The position numbers were made by a program, and so were the translations under genes. DNA of 64,000 bases, from the IMG/VR virus record IMGVR_UViG_3300020207_000019. One strand, 5' to 3'. Position 1 is the first letter of the stretch. Every line of letters starts with the position of its first letter. Shown in pieces: positions 9,829 to 19,010 of the stretch. The notes beneath the pieces are model-generated. The model ran no database searches. It saw nothing but the letters and a program-made list of their open reading frames with translations, and was not told where the DNA came from. Origin of the DNA: an uncultured virus (IMG/VR IMGVR_UViG_3300020207_000019) (lineage: Duplodnaviria > Heunggongvirae > Uroviricota > Caudoviricetes).

Positions 9829-10107
9829 AAACAAATTAAGTATAAAATGCAATATTCTCCAAATAATATACACTGAAATATAAATGGGAAGTATAAAAAA
9901 GGCTAGTGTTATAATACACAGGAGCATCATAAAATCAATAAATTTATCAATCATCTTCTTTTATTTCAAGCTTATCAAGCCTATCACGGTAAAAATTAAG
10001 TATATGGTGTAACTTTTGTCTCACTCCAACATCATCAACTTGGTATATGTGAGTTCTTAAATCAACAATCAAACTGTTTAATAACATTACAAGTTCTTTA
10101 CAGTCTT

Positions 10108-10323
10108 TTAAAACCATTTGTCATTATTCCTTCCAACAATATCGTCAATGATATCAACATATTGTCTGTCTTCGGGTTCTAGTAGAGAATAATATTTATG
10201 TATTTCTTCAAGCAACTTTCGGACACGATATTGATCCACTTGATGTAGATTAAGTTCTACATATCTTTCAAGTAGATTCATTTTCTCATTAATTTTATCT
10301 CGGATAGATATGACATTGGTCAT
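10108..10323 (-). CDS. hypothetical protein
   Basis: 71-aa ORF coupled by ATGA overlap. Confidence 0.5.
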   Translation of the reverse strand: MTNVISIRDKINEKMNLLERYVELNLHQVDQYRVRKLLEEIHKYYSLLEPEDRQYVDIIDDIVGRNNDKWF

Positions 10324-10721
10324 AAGAGGCCCGCTTCCTTAACTAATTGATGAGTAATATTAGGATATAATTTTCCCAAGTTTTGGTCCTTTATTGCCAG
10401 TAAAATTTTTGCTTCTGAAATATGAATATCGGAAAGCAAACTTATAAAGTGCATTTCTCTTTTGAAAGGCTCCATGTTCGGGTTCTCTTTTGTATAGACA
10501 TAGAGCTTTCGTATTTCTGGTTTAAATAGACCATGTGTCTCACCAATCTCGTTAGGATCGGGTGTAAAGGGTGGGTCACCTTCAGGTAACAGAAACTTAT
10601 ATTCAGGATCAAAAGCGTATTTGAATAAAAGTTTTAACGCACCATCTTCTTTGAATTCGTTTATTTTAGTTGTATCTGTATTTATTGCCTCAAGTTGCTC
10701 TGGAATATAACGATATCTCAT
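10320..10721 (-). CDS. conserved T4-like phage protein
   Basis: FLLPEGDPPF...KREMHFISLL..IH..EA..L..IKD pattern. Confidence 0.7.
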   Translation of the reverse strand: MRYRYIPEQLEAINTDTTKINEFKEDGALKLLFKYAFDPEYKFLLPEGDPPFTPDPNEIGETHGLFKPEIRKLYVYTKENPNMEPFKREMHFISLLSDIHISEAKILLAIKDQNLGKLYPNITHQLVKEAGLL

Positions 10722-10945
10722 TTTATAAGCCAGACATAAGCGCCAATAGAATTAAGTCCAATAAAATAACAATTCTGTATAAACAGAGGCAGATTTTTAT
10801 GCCTCATACTAAATTCATAAGCCAATATCGTATGTGCTAATACAAATATTGGAAAACAATACTCAAAGTTTTGAACCTTGAGTGATAATGCTGTTGCACC
10901 ACCAATTAATAAAGTGGTTGAAATCCATTTGATATCAAAGGTCAT
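10718..10945 (-). CDS. small membrane protein
   Basis: Three hydrophobic segments and IKWIST N-terminus; resembles 12650..12886. Confidence 0.6.
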   Translation of the reverse strand: MTFDIKWISTTLLIGGATALSLKVQNFEYCFPIFVLAHTILAYEFSMRHKNLPLFIQNCYFIGLNSIGAYVWLIK

Positions 10946-11196
10946 TTGATACCTAGTGTTTCTTTTCTATCTTTGACCCACTGTTTTTCTTCTGCAAATG
11001 TAGGAAGAGTTTTCATTTGAGATTGTAGTTCCCAAATAATCTCATACATTTTCTTTTTATGAGCCCATCCTTCTTCTGGATTACTTGCATAAAATCCTAG
11101 GTCATCAATGTAATCATAAATTTGACCTTCTTGTTGTGAGTTTTCAAACATATCAATCATATTATACTCCCATTCCGAGTGTAGCACACTCTTCAC
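10942..11196 (-). CDS. hypothetical protein
   Basis: Packed ORF with an uncertain start. Confidence 0.5.
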   Translation of the reverse strand: MKSVLHSEWEYNMIDMFENSQQEGQIYDYIDDLGFYASNPEEGWAHKKKMYEIIWELQSQMKTLPTFAEEKQWVKDRKETLGIK

Positions 11197-11328
11197 ATAA
11201 AATAACTTCTTCTAATATTTTCAATCTATCACCCACTTTTATTTTTTGTTTTGTTAGGGTGATATATTTTTCTTTTTGGTCTTTTTTACCACAGACCGCA
11301 CATTTTTTTGTTTTCTTGTATTTAATGT

Positions 11329-11544
11329 TCATAATTTCCACCAACTATCTTGTTTATCAAAATTACGACATCTGGTCACCCATTCTTCACCAGTCTCGTT
11401 AGGCCAATCTGTGTTTATCCATTTAATCAATGGAATAAATTGTAATGTGTTACCTACTATAAACCAAAACCACAAATGATAATCAATTGATGATGGTAAA
11501 GGTTCTTTAGCCAATTCAATATATTGATTCCAACACTCAATCAT
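11329..11544 (-). CDS. hypothetical Trp-rich protein
   Basis: 71-aa ORF overlapping the dsbA-like stop. Confidence 0.45.
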   Translation of the reverse strand: MIECWNQYIELAKEPLPSSIDYHLWFWFIVGNTLQFIPLIKWINTDWPNETGEEWVTRCRNFDKQDSWWKL

Positions 11545-11791
11545 TTGTTCCGGTTATGATATGATATAGTTCTTCAAATTCTTGGTGTGTAGCTTTTTCT
11601 TCTGCAAAGTTTTGTTTATGATAAACTCTTGCCATTTTACCTAGAACTTTTTTAGGAATCTTTAATTCTTCAAATAAATCATTAATAATCGTTTTCTGTA
11701 AATCTTTTTCTGCTTCAACTCTTAACATACTACCACTCATTTCTGTCATGGCACCAATAATTCTTTTTTTAGCATCATCACTCAACAACAT
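11537..11791 (-). CDS. dsbA: T4 DsbA-like dsDNA-binding protein
   Basis: KVLGKMARVYHKQNFAEE..EFEELY resembles T4-type DsbA; AAGGAG RBS. Confidence 0.7.
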   Translation of the reverse strand: MLLSDDAKKRIIGAMTEMSGSMLRVEAEKDLQKTIINDLFEELKIPKKVLGKMARVYHKQNFAEEKATHQEFEELYHIITGTND

Positions 11792-11930
11792 CTAAATTCT
11801 CCTTGTGTTTAACCTTGCGATTGTATTTTGTTTTATCTTTTTCTACTTTGTGGCCATATGGCAAATCACCACGAAACAATGCGTATTGTGTGGCGATTCT
11901 TTGTTTTATTCTTTTATGTTGTTTGGTCAT
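11778..11930 (-). CDS. small basic protein with ArfA-like motif (50 aa, not in ORF track)
   Basis: MTKQHKRIKQRIATQYALFRGDLPYGHKVEKDKTKYNRKVKHKENLDVVE; it fills the gap between neighbouring genes. Confidence 0.55.
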   Translation of the reverse strand: MTKQHKRIKQRIATQYALFRGDLPYGHKVEKDKTKYNRKVKHKENLDVVE

Positions 11931-12216
11931 AAGGATCATCATCTATGCTGTTTAAATACTCAAACACTTTAATATGTGCTTCGTCTTCATTAGCTGCCAA
12001 AACTTTAAATTTGGCTTCACCATCATTAATTAATACCTCAAAAGGTATATTTTTTGGGAGTTTATACGGGTGTGCAAAACTTACATCAACCTCGTAAAAT
12101 TTTGAATTCTTTATTCTATCTAATATACTAATAACATTGTTAGCATCATTCATCATATATGGGTGTGATGGTTGAGCGCCACTCTTCACTTTCAACACTA
12201 ATTTTATTTTCCTCAA
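11914..12216 (-). CDS. hypothetical protein
   Basis: Likely start at MMNDANN. Confidence 0.5.
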   Translation of the reverse strand: MRKIKLVLKVKSGAQPSHPYMMNDANNVISILDRIKNSKFYEVDVSFAHPYKLPKNIPFEVLINDGEAKFKVLAANEDEAHIKVFEYLNSIDDDPYDQTT

Positions 12217-12296
12217 TTCGTGTTCTACCTTGAACTTTAACTATACCAATAATAACACAAATGAGTAATAAAAGAGGCAAATATAATTTCATATGA

Positions 12297-12452
12297 TTAA
12301 CCGCAGTCAGAAAAAGCTTCGACCATTCTCTCCATTTCTGATTTTTTAGATTTAGAAAACTGTTCAAGCTCTTCTTTGGCTTTGTCTTCGTTGAGTTTTG
12401 TTTGGGCAAGTTCCAGTAAGGCTTCTGTGCCGCTTGATTGATAACCTGGCAT
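12297..12452 (-). CDS. small hypothetical late protein (51 aa, not in ORF track)
   Basis: MPGYQSSGTEALLELAQ..., with an AAGGA RBS and TATAAATA at 12504-12511 upstream. Confidence 0.5.
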   Translation of the reverse strand: MPGYQSSGTEALLELAQTKLNEDKAKEELEQFSKSKKSEMERMVEAFSDCG

Positions 12453-12649
12453 TTTATTTTCCTTTTGAGAAATAATTTAAATTAGACTTTTGGTCTTTGT
12501 CAATATTTATACCTTACCTTTTCGTTTTAGGTAATAATTATACATTTTTAAGTAAAATAATGAACGCTTAGGTTCGTGGATTGGATTAGGTAATTTGCCG
12601 TATAGATATTCCATGTCTTCAATTATTTTTTCAGCCTCATCATCAGAAA

Positions 12650-12886
12650 TCATATAAACGACCTAATTATACCTGCACCGTAAATAACTGCCATCATTAC
12701 ATTAATTATAATAATACTCGATTCTTTCCATAGATAACCAATATAAACCCAACCTATGCCTGCAAGGCAACCTAACCACACATTAAGTGGATACCAGTCC
12801 ATTGCACTTGCAAATGCACAACCGCAGGCACCAATTGTTGATAACCACTTAATGCAAAACACAAATGTAGTTTCGTTTTTTATCAT
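12650..12886 (-). CDS. small membrane protein
   Basis: Three TM-like segments with IKWLST; promoter TTGACA-N17-TATAAT directly upstream. Confidence 0.65.
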   Translation of the reverse strand: MIKNETTFVFCIKWLSTIGACGCAFASAMDWYPLNVWLGCLAGIGWVYIGYLWKESSIIIINVMMAVIYGAGIIRSFI

Positions 12887-12899
12887 CGTGGATTATATA

Positions 12900-13175
12900 T
12901 TATTTTGATTTTTTTGTCAAGCGAGTTTTAGGCAATTTTGGTTCTTTTGTATTGAGCGGAAGAGATGGGTCTTGGTGAAATAACCAATTGATGAAATAAA
13001 CAGCATTATTTTCGTCAGTAAAATATCTGGTCATTGTTTCACCTGTAATAATAGAGCCAACGAATAATAATATATTGCCTTTGTAGTTAGAAAATTTAAC
13101 CCACCAATAGTCTCTTATGACTGGATGCCAAGTTCTTATTTCTTTTTCTATATCTTTTTTGATATCTTCGTTCAT
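12900..13175 (-). CDS. hypothetical protein
   Basis: 91-aa ORF. Confidence 0.55.
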   Translation of the reverse strand: MNEDIKKDIEKEIRTWHPVIRDYWWVKFSNYKGNILLFVGSIITGETMTRYFTDENNAVYFINWLFHQDPSLPLNTKEPKLPKTRLTKKSK

Positions 13176-13398
13176 TATTACCTATTCCGAGCAGCAATAT
13201 TTTATACATAGCTTATGTCCGGTGCTGAGGTAGCTCCAGGTCCAATTCCTCAACAATCGTTGAAAAATTCTTTATATAAATTCTACCATCTTTCTCAATT
13301 AAATATATTGGTTCAGGTGGTTTTTTATATATAATCACCCTTGGTGTATATTCATCAACATCATACCAAAAAGGTATTGTTTCTTTATCTAAGTCCAT

Positions 13399-13860
13399 TC
13401 AATGATAAGGTCTTGTATTTTGTGAGCGTTTAAGTTTAGGAGCAAACCTAATAGAATCCGGCTTCTTCTCAAGGTGGTTCTTTCTTACTTTACAACTAAC
13501 CCAATCATTATAGTATTCATCAGTTCTTAAAGCGTGACGATTGAATATTTCGTATGTTTCCCAATAAGATAATTCACCTTTTGTTTTACACAAATGTAAA
13601 ATTTCTCGTGTGAATTTTTCCTCACCTTGTTTTTCTACATCTTCTTGGAGTATTTTATTACTACCCCAATATGATAACCAATTGGACGGTTTTCTCGTTT
13701 TCTTTATTTTGCCTTTGATTTGTCGGCGAGCTGCCTGTGTGAAAAACTTTTTGCCAACATATTTGCGGCCTGTTTGTAGGTTTGTTATAAGATAAACGAT
13801 ACCAAAATATTCGCCAATGTGTTCCTCAGTAAATTCTTTACCATTATATGTCCAACTCAA
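13399..13860 (-). CDS. GIY-YIG family endonuclease
   Basis: FGIVYLITN...KYVGKK, YWGS, FTREIL and YYN motifs. Confidence 0.8.
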   Translation of the reverse strand: MSWTYNGKEFTEEHIGEYFGIVYLITNLQTGRKYVGKKFFTQAARRQIKGKIKKTRKPSNWLSYWGSNKILQEDVEKQGEEKFTREILHLCKTKGELSYWETYEIFNRHALRTDEYYNDWVSCKVRKNHLEKKPDSIRFAPKLKRSQNTRPYH

Positions 13861-14036
13861 TATTCTTCCTCATCCTCTCCATAAGTGTTGTTCATACTTT
13901 TATTTAGGTCCTCATCAAGCACCAAGTATTCACCACAAAATGGACAAAAGGATGGGTCAGATTCACATACAGTTTCTATATAATTAATTGCAAACTCAGA
14001 TTGACAATTATGACAGGTATGGTCAAGTGTTTTCAT
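13857..14036 (-). CDS. zinc-ribbon protein (59 aa, not in ORF track)
   Basis: CHNC...FCPFCGE with an acidic tail; AGGAG RBS. Confidence 0.7.
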   Translation of the reverse strand: MKTLDHTCHNCQSEFAINYIETVCESDPSFCPFCGEYLVLDEDLNKSMNNTYGEDEEEY

Positions 14037-14449
14037 TATACTCCTACAACTGGTATAGATAGGTCTTTTTGACTTTGTTTCTTTTTATAATCTTGTATTG
14101 CTGATTTTATCGCATCTTCCGCCAAAACTGAACAGTGGATTTTAACAGGTGGCAGAGATAGTTCTTCTGCGATTGCTGAATTTCTAATTGTTTCTGCTTC
14201 TGTAAGCGTCTTTCCCTTGAGTAATTCAGTGACAAGAGACGAGCTTGCAATCGCTGAGCCACAGCCGTAAGTCTTGAACTTCGCATTAGTGATAACTCCT
14301 TCATCGTTGACTTGTATCTGCAACTTCATTACATCACCACAGGCAGGAGCACCAACCATACCAGTACCAACAGTTGGATCATTTTTATCCAATGAACCCA
14401 CATTTCTTGGATTTTCGTAATGGTCTAAAACTTTATCTGAATAAGCCAT
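14036..14449 (-). CDS. iscU: Fe-S cluster scaffold IscU
   Basis: MAYSDKVLDHYENPRNVG, APACGDVM, GCGSAIASSS and LPPVKIHC. Confidence 0.95.
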   Translation of the reverse strand: MAYSDKVLDHYENPRNVGSLDKNDPTVGTGMVGAPACGDVMKLQIQVNDEGVITNAKFKTYGCGSAIASSSLVTELLKGKTLTEAETIRNSAIAEELSLPPVKIHCSVLAEDAIKSAIQDYKKKQSQKDLSIPVVGV

Positions 14450-14456
14450 TTAACTC

Positions 14457-14792
14457 CTATACTGCAAAACTAGAACCACAACCGCATTTTGAAGAAGCGT
14501 TTGGATTTTTAATTTCAAATTGTTCAGCCATCATTGATTTGGTATATTTGATAGTTGAACCTTGTAGATATTGTGATGACATAGCATCAACAATAACTTT
14601 AAGTTCCGTGCCTTCTAAATCAAACACGAAATCATCTTCATTTATTTCTTGGTCCCATGTGAAACCATATTGAAAACCTGAACATCCACCACCTTCAACA
14701 AATAATCTTAAACCTTTTATTTTATCCTTGTCTTCTTCGTCTTGGATAAGGTTTATGATTTTATCGGTGGCAGATTGTTCAATGGTTATCAT
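14457..14792 (-). CDS. erpA: A-type Fe-S carrier (ErpA/IscA/HesB family)
   Basis: GGGCSGFQY and NPNA..KCGCGSSF. Confidence 0.9.
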   Translation of the reverse strand: MITIEQSATDKIINLIQDEEDKDKIKGLRLFVEGGGCSGFQYGFTWDQEINEDDFVFDLEGTELKVIVDAMSSQYLQGSTIKYTKSMMAEQFEIKNPNASSKCGCGSSFAV

Positions 14793-14795
14793 ATA

Positions 14796-15005
14796 TTATT
14801 TTTTCTTTTTGGTATCTTCTTTTTTCCAAAGAGTCCATGCACCGTAACCAACGGCTACCCATGATGCAAGTTTAACTAATGGACTGGCAAGTAAGCCTAA
14901 AACACCAACGGCAATAAGAACTGTACCGTCCCATGATGTTCTTTCAGCCCAGCGAGCCATTACCCAATCTTTTAAAAAAGATACTTTTGATACTAAATCT
15001 AACAT
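14796..15005 (-). CDS. small membrane protein
   Basis: ERTSWDG followed by two hydrophobic segments; AAGGAG RBS. Confidence 0.65.
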   Translation of the reverse strand: MLDLVSKVSFLKDWVMARWAERTSWDGTVLIAVGVLGLLASPLVKLASWVAVGYGAWTLWKKEDTKKKK

Positions 15006-15017
15006 ATTTTCTCCTTG

Positions 15018-16007
15018 TTATGCAGCCTGACCCCAAACATCTTCCCAAGAACCTTTCAAAGCACCTTTTGCATAATCAGTGGCACGGTTCTCAAAGAAAT
15101 TGGTGTGGGTAGGTGCGTTAATCATTTCTTCAACCCATAAGAGTGGATTCTTCTTCACCTTATACACCCCTTTTAGGCCTAATGAAATAAGTCGTCTATC
15201 ACAAATGTAACGAATATAATGTTTAACTTGGTCGGCAGTCAAATCAGGCATGTCACCCATTTCAAAAGCTAAATCAATAAATTTATCTTCAAGTTCGACC
15301 ATTTTCTCTGCAATAGTATATATACGAGACTTTAAAGTGTCGTTCCAAATAGATTTATTTTCCTCTATGTATGTTCGGAACAATTTAATCATATTTTCGG
15401 TGTGCATGGTTTCATCAACAATAGACCATGTCACAATCTGACCCATGCCTTTCATTAAACCATGGCGTGGGAAGTTTAATAACATAATGAATGATGAAAA
15501 CAATTGCATACCTTCCGTAAAGGCAGAGAACACAGCAATATGAGTAGCAGTGGATTGTTTATCACCATTTCTTGAGCTAATGTCTAACACATAATCGTGT
15601 TTGTTTTTCATCGCTTCATATTCTAGGAATTCGTTGTATGTGGATTCTGGCATACCTAAAGTTTCAATCAGATGAGAATAAGCGGCAACATGAAGTGCTT
15701 CACGAGCAGCAAAACCTAATAGCATCATACGAACTTCTGGTTGTTGAAAATATGGAAGATAATTCTTTACATAACCACCAGCAACATCAACATCACCTTG
15801 TGTGAAGAAACGAAAGATGTTCGTCAGAAAATGTTTTTGTGGTTGTGTGAGTTTATTTTTCCAATCTTTTACATCTTCTGCCATTGGAACTTCTGAATGT
15901 AACCAATGTGACTGTTCGTGTTTTAACCAGGCATCATATGCCCAAGGATAGTAGAAAGGTTTAAAACTGCTTCGTTCTTTAAGTAGATTAACTTCATCTT
16001 TAGCCAT
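15018..16007 (-). CDS. nrdB: class I ribonucleotide reductase beta subunit
   Basis: FFTQGD, EALH..AY, EGMQLF, DETMH and NFFE motifs. Confidence 0.95.
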   Translation of the reverse strand: MAKDEVNLLKERSSFKPFYYPWAYDAWLKHEQSHWLHSEVPMAEDVKDWKNKLTQPQKHFLTNIFRFFTQGDVDVAGGYVKNYLPYFQQPEVRMMLLGFAAREALHVAAYSHLIETLGMPESTYNEFLEYEAMKNKHDYVLDISSRNGDKQSTATHIAVFSAFTEGMQLFSSFIMLLNFPRHGLMKGMGQIVTWSIVDETMHTENMIKLFRTYIEENKSIWNDTLKSRIYTIAEKMVELEDKFIDLAFEMGDMPDLTADQVKHYIRYICDRRLISLGLKGVYKVKKNPLLWVEEMINAPTHTNFFENRATDYAKGALKGSWEDVWGQAA

Positions 16008-16248
16008 TTATCCATGCCTCCAGTTGTGTTGATGATTGCATACCTGTTACTCGTTTTACCTCTTTATCATCATCTAACATAACTAGAGTTGGTACTGAAC
16101 GAATTTGATACTGTATTGCTAATTCTTCCTGTTCGTCAATGTCAATTTCTTCAATTTGTGTTTCTATTTCCATTCCTGCAATTGTCTTGCTCAGCATTTT
16201 ACATGGCTGACACCAAGAAGCTGCAAACTTTAAAATCTTTTTGCTCAT
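16000..16248 (-). CDS. thioredoxin
   Basis: WCQPC active site and SVPT cis-Pro loop. Confidence 0.9.
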   Translation of the reverse strand: MSKKILKFAASWCQPCKMLSKTIAGMEIETQIEEIDIDEQEELAIQYQIRSVPTLVMLDDDKEVKRVTGMQSSTQLEAWING

Positions 16249-16258
16249 TTAGTTCCTC

Positions 16259-16507
16259 TTATCCATTTAACCAATCATTTATCTCTGGTATGGATTTCAT
16301 ACCAACAAATCTATTAACTTCCACGCCATCTTCCAATAATACAAAAGTTGGAATTTGTGTTACATTGTATGTTTCAGCTGTTGCTGAATTTTCATCAATA
16401 TCAACAACCGAAACGGAAAGTTCACTGTCAGCTGTTGTAACATTTTCAGCAAGTGTTGCACCTATGGTATCCCAAGATGCTGTAAATCGTATAGCAGATT
16501 TTGCCAT
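16259..16507 (-). CDS. thioredoxin-fold protein lacking CxxC
   Basis: Aligns with the neighbour (FTASW, DIDE, QIPT, G.EV.R..G) but has WDTIG and no Cys; AAGGAG RBS. Confidence 0.75.
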   Translation of the reverse strand: MAKSAIRFTASWDTIGATLAENVTTADSELSVSVVDIDENSATAETYNVTQIPTFVLLEDGVEVNRFVGMKSIPEINDWLNG

Positions 16508-16525
16508 AGTTATTCTCCTTTAAAT

Positions 16526-18337
16526 TTATCCTTCACACGCAATACACACGGTTTCTTCCTGTGCAATTTGTGTTAAATCAATTTCTTTAATTACTTCTCT
16601 TTCAATTTTTTTGGCGACTTTATCGGCCTTGCCAATCTTTTCACTTCTACAATAATACATGGTTTTCAAACCAGCTTTCCATGCTAAGAAGTGTATAGCA
16701 TGAATATATCTTATATCAGCATCAGGTCTAAAAAATACATTTAGGCTTTGTGCTTGGTCAATCCATTCTTGTCTATCAGCTGCATGTTGTATTACCCAGC
16801 GTTGATCTAGTTCCATTGCTGTTTTAAATACATCTTTTTGCCAATCGTCAAGTAAATCTAAATGTTGAACTGAACCATCGTTTGCAATAATAGATGACCA
16901 GATTTCATTGTAATCTAATTTACCATCATTATCACAAGCTTTCTTAATAATCTTATCCAAGAATTTGTTTTTGTTTAGATAAGCACCAGATAGCGTATCT
17001 TGTCTATAAGCATTTGCACGATAGGGTTCAATACTTGGTGATGTATTACCCATAATAATGCTTGATGAAGCATTTGGTGCAATCGCCATTAAATGTGAGA
17101 AGCGATTACCTGTGCCTTTGGCATCGGGCGCTGAACCTCTTTTACGACCAAGTTCTTTGTTTGCTTCATTTAATTTGGTTCGTATGTGTTCAAATGCTCG
17201 TTTGTTTTTACCAACAGCCTGTGCTGATTCCCATGGAATATTATTCTTTTGTAGATAGGCATGCCAACCTAATGCACCAATTCCAATACTTCGTTCTTGT
17301 GTAGCTGAATATTTTGCTCGTGCAACCTGGTCAGGAGCGTTATCAATAAAATGTTGTAACACATTGTCCAACATTTCAGCAACATCTTTTAAAAACAATT
17401 CATCTTTTTTCCAATCATCATAGTATTCCAAATTAACAGAAGATAGACAACATACAGCTGTTCGTTCTTCGTTGGTTGGTAAAATGATTTCAGAACAAAG
17501 GTTAGATTGTCTGATTGACAGGCCTAAATCTTTTTGCCATTGTGGCATTTTATCATTTGATGTATCAATAAAATGTAAGTAGGGTTCGCCAGTCTGCATA
17601 CGAATTTCAAGTATGCGTTGCCAAAGTTCTTTTGCTGATACAATTTCTTTTGTTAGACCGGTGTGTGGGTCTTTGAGGTGCCATGAATCATCTGCATCAG
17701 CATCAATCATACACCTCTCAATAATCCGCATAAAATCATCAGTGATGTTGATACCGTGATGTAGATTCAGGCATCGCATATTCTGGTCACCTGTTGGCCT
17801 TCTCATCTCTAGGAACATTTCAATATCTGGATGAGATATGTCTAGGTAACACGCATAGGAACCTCTCCTTGTTCTTCCTTGACGATAAGCCAATGAAGAA
17901 GCATCATATGTTCTAAGGTGGGGCATAACACCAACAGACTTATCATCTGATGAACGGATGCCGATACCAATACCGACACCACCACCTAACATTGACAACC
18001 AATTTACTTCTGATAGTGTTTCAACCAGACCTTCTGCCGAATCATCAAGATAGGGTAGAAAACAAGATATAGGCAGACCACGCTTACTGCGGCCATAACT
18101 GAGGATAGGAGTAGAATAAGACAACCAATGCTTAGAACTATATTCGTAAAGCCGTTGAGCATGGTCTTTGTTACTTGCAAAAGCACTTGATACATAAGCG
18201 AACCTTTCTTGTGGAGAATTCTCATCATCTTTCATGTAACTTTCTTTTAATCTTTTGAGACCTAGTTGGTCAAATAGTGAATCTCGTGTGTAATCTACAT
18301 TGATACCATGAACAAAGTTGTCCATTAAATACTCCAA
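16526..18337 (-). CDS. nrdA: class I ribonucleotide reductase alpha subunit
   Basis: PISCF, SNLCSEI, AVCCLSS, APNASS, KTMYYCR and C-terminal CIAC. Confidence 0.95.
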   Translation of the reverse strand: MEYLMDNFVHGINVDYTRDSLFDQLGLKRLKESYMKDDENSPQERFAYVSSAFASNKDHAQRLYEYSSKHWLSYSTPILSYGRSKRGLPISCFLPYLDDSAEGLVETLSEVNWLSMLGGGVGIGIGIRSSDDKSVGVMPHLRTYDASSLAYRQGRTRRGSYACYLDISHPDIEMFLEMRRPTGDQNMRCLNLHHGINITDDFMRIIERCMIDADADDSWHLKDPHTGLTKEIVSAKELWQRILEIRMQTGEPYLHFIDTSNDKMPQWQKDLGLSIRQSNLCSEIILPTNEERTAVCCLSSVNLEYYDDWKKDELFLKDVAEMLDNVLQHFIDNAPDQVARAKYSATQERSIGIGALGWHAYLQKNNIPWESAQAVGKNKRAFEHIRTKLNEANKELGRKRGSAPDAKGTGNRFSHLMAIAPNASSSIIMGNTSPSIEPYRANAYRQDTLSGAYLNKNKFLDKIIKKACDNDGKLDYNEIWSSIIANDGSVQHLDLLDDWQKDVFKTAMELDQRWVIQHAADRQEWIDQAQSLNVFFRPDADIRYIHAIHFLAWKAGLKTMYYCRSEKIGKADKVAKKIEREVIKEIDLTQIAQEETVCIACEG

Positions 18338-18358
18338 ATCTAATAATTTAAAACAAGT

Positions 18359-19009
18359 TTATATAAATTCTTTTGCCATTGGAAACACTTTGGATATGAC
18401 CTCTGCACAGGCGAATGCTATTTCTTGGTGTTCTTTTTGTGTTCCGTTTGCGGCTCGTAGTTGTATATAGTGGATCCAACTTCTTAATGTTCCATTCATA
18501 TACAATTTTGATACAGTATTACCTTCGGGCAAAACAGAGCGAGCTTGCTCTTTTGCAATACCATTTTCTATTGCCCACTGATATGCGTTTTTGGAAGTTT
18601 GAATAACTTTAAGTTGTTCTTGTTCCCATCTTTCTTTTATATATTCATTATCAGTATCAATAGAATTTTGTCTATTTTTTGTGTCTTGTAGTCGGGCTTC
18701 TCTAACCACAAAGTCAAGTTCTTTCACAGGATCAGCATATCTTTGACTGAATTCCTGAAATGAAAAGGACCGGTGTCGCAACATTTGTCTTGCGATATCT
18801 CGGGTTGTCTCTATTTCAAGACACATATGTACCATCTCTAACGGAGACCAGTGTTGATGACTAATCAAGTAGCGAATCAACTTCTCGCTGGTTTCTTTAT
18901 TGCTCTGATTACCGGGATTCGAGACCCTAGCGCAGTAAGCTACCAAATCAGTAATATTGTCTGCATCTTCGATGGCAGAATTAGAAAAACTCACTAAATT
19001 AATTTTCAT
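18359..19009 (-). CDS. thyX: flavin-dependent thymidylate synthase
   Basis: HWSPLE and RHRSFSFQEFSQRY signature. Confidence 0.95.
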   Translation of the reverse strand: MKINLVSFSNSAIEDADNITDLVAYCARVSNPGNQSNKETSEKLIRYLISHQHWSPLEMVHMCLEIETTRDIARQMLRHRSFSFQEFSQRYADPVKELDFVVREARLQDTKNRQNSIDTDNEYIKERWEQEQLKVIQTSKNAYQWAIENGIAKEQARSVLPEGNTVSKLYMNGTLRSWIHYIQLRAANGTQKEHQEIAFACAEVISKVFPMAKEFI

Positions 19010-19010
19010 A

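Noticed and set aside
13399..13860. Mobile homing endonuclease element
   Set aside because: It has only a short GIY-YIG catalytic domain with no evident DNA-binding repeats, and it does not interrupt a gene. Mobility cannot be supported.
15018..18337. Possible introns or inteins in nrdA/nrdB (common in T4-like phages)
   Set aside because: Both frames are continuous, with all motifs and no excess length. The same holds for the polymerase and helicase.
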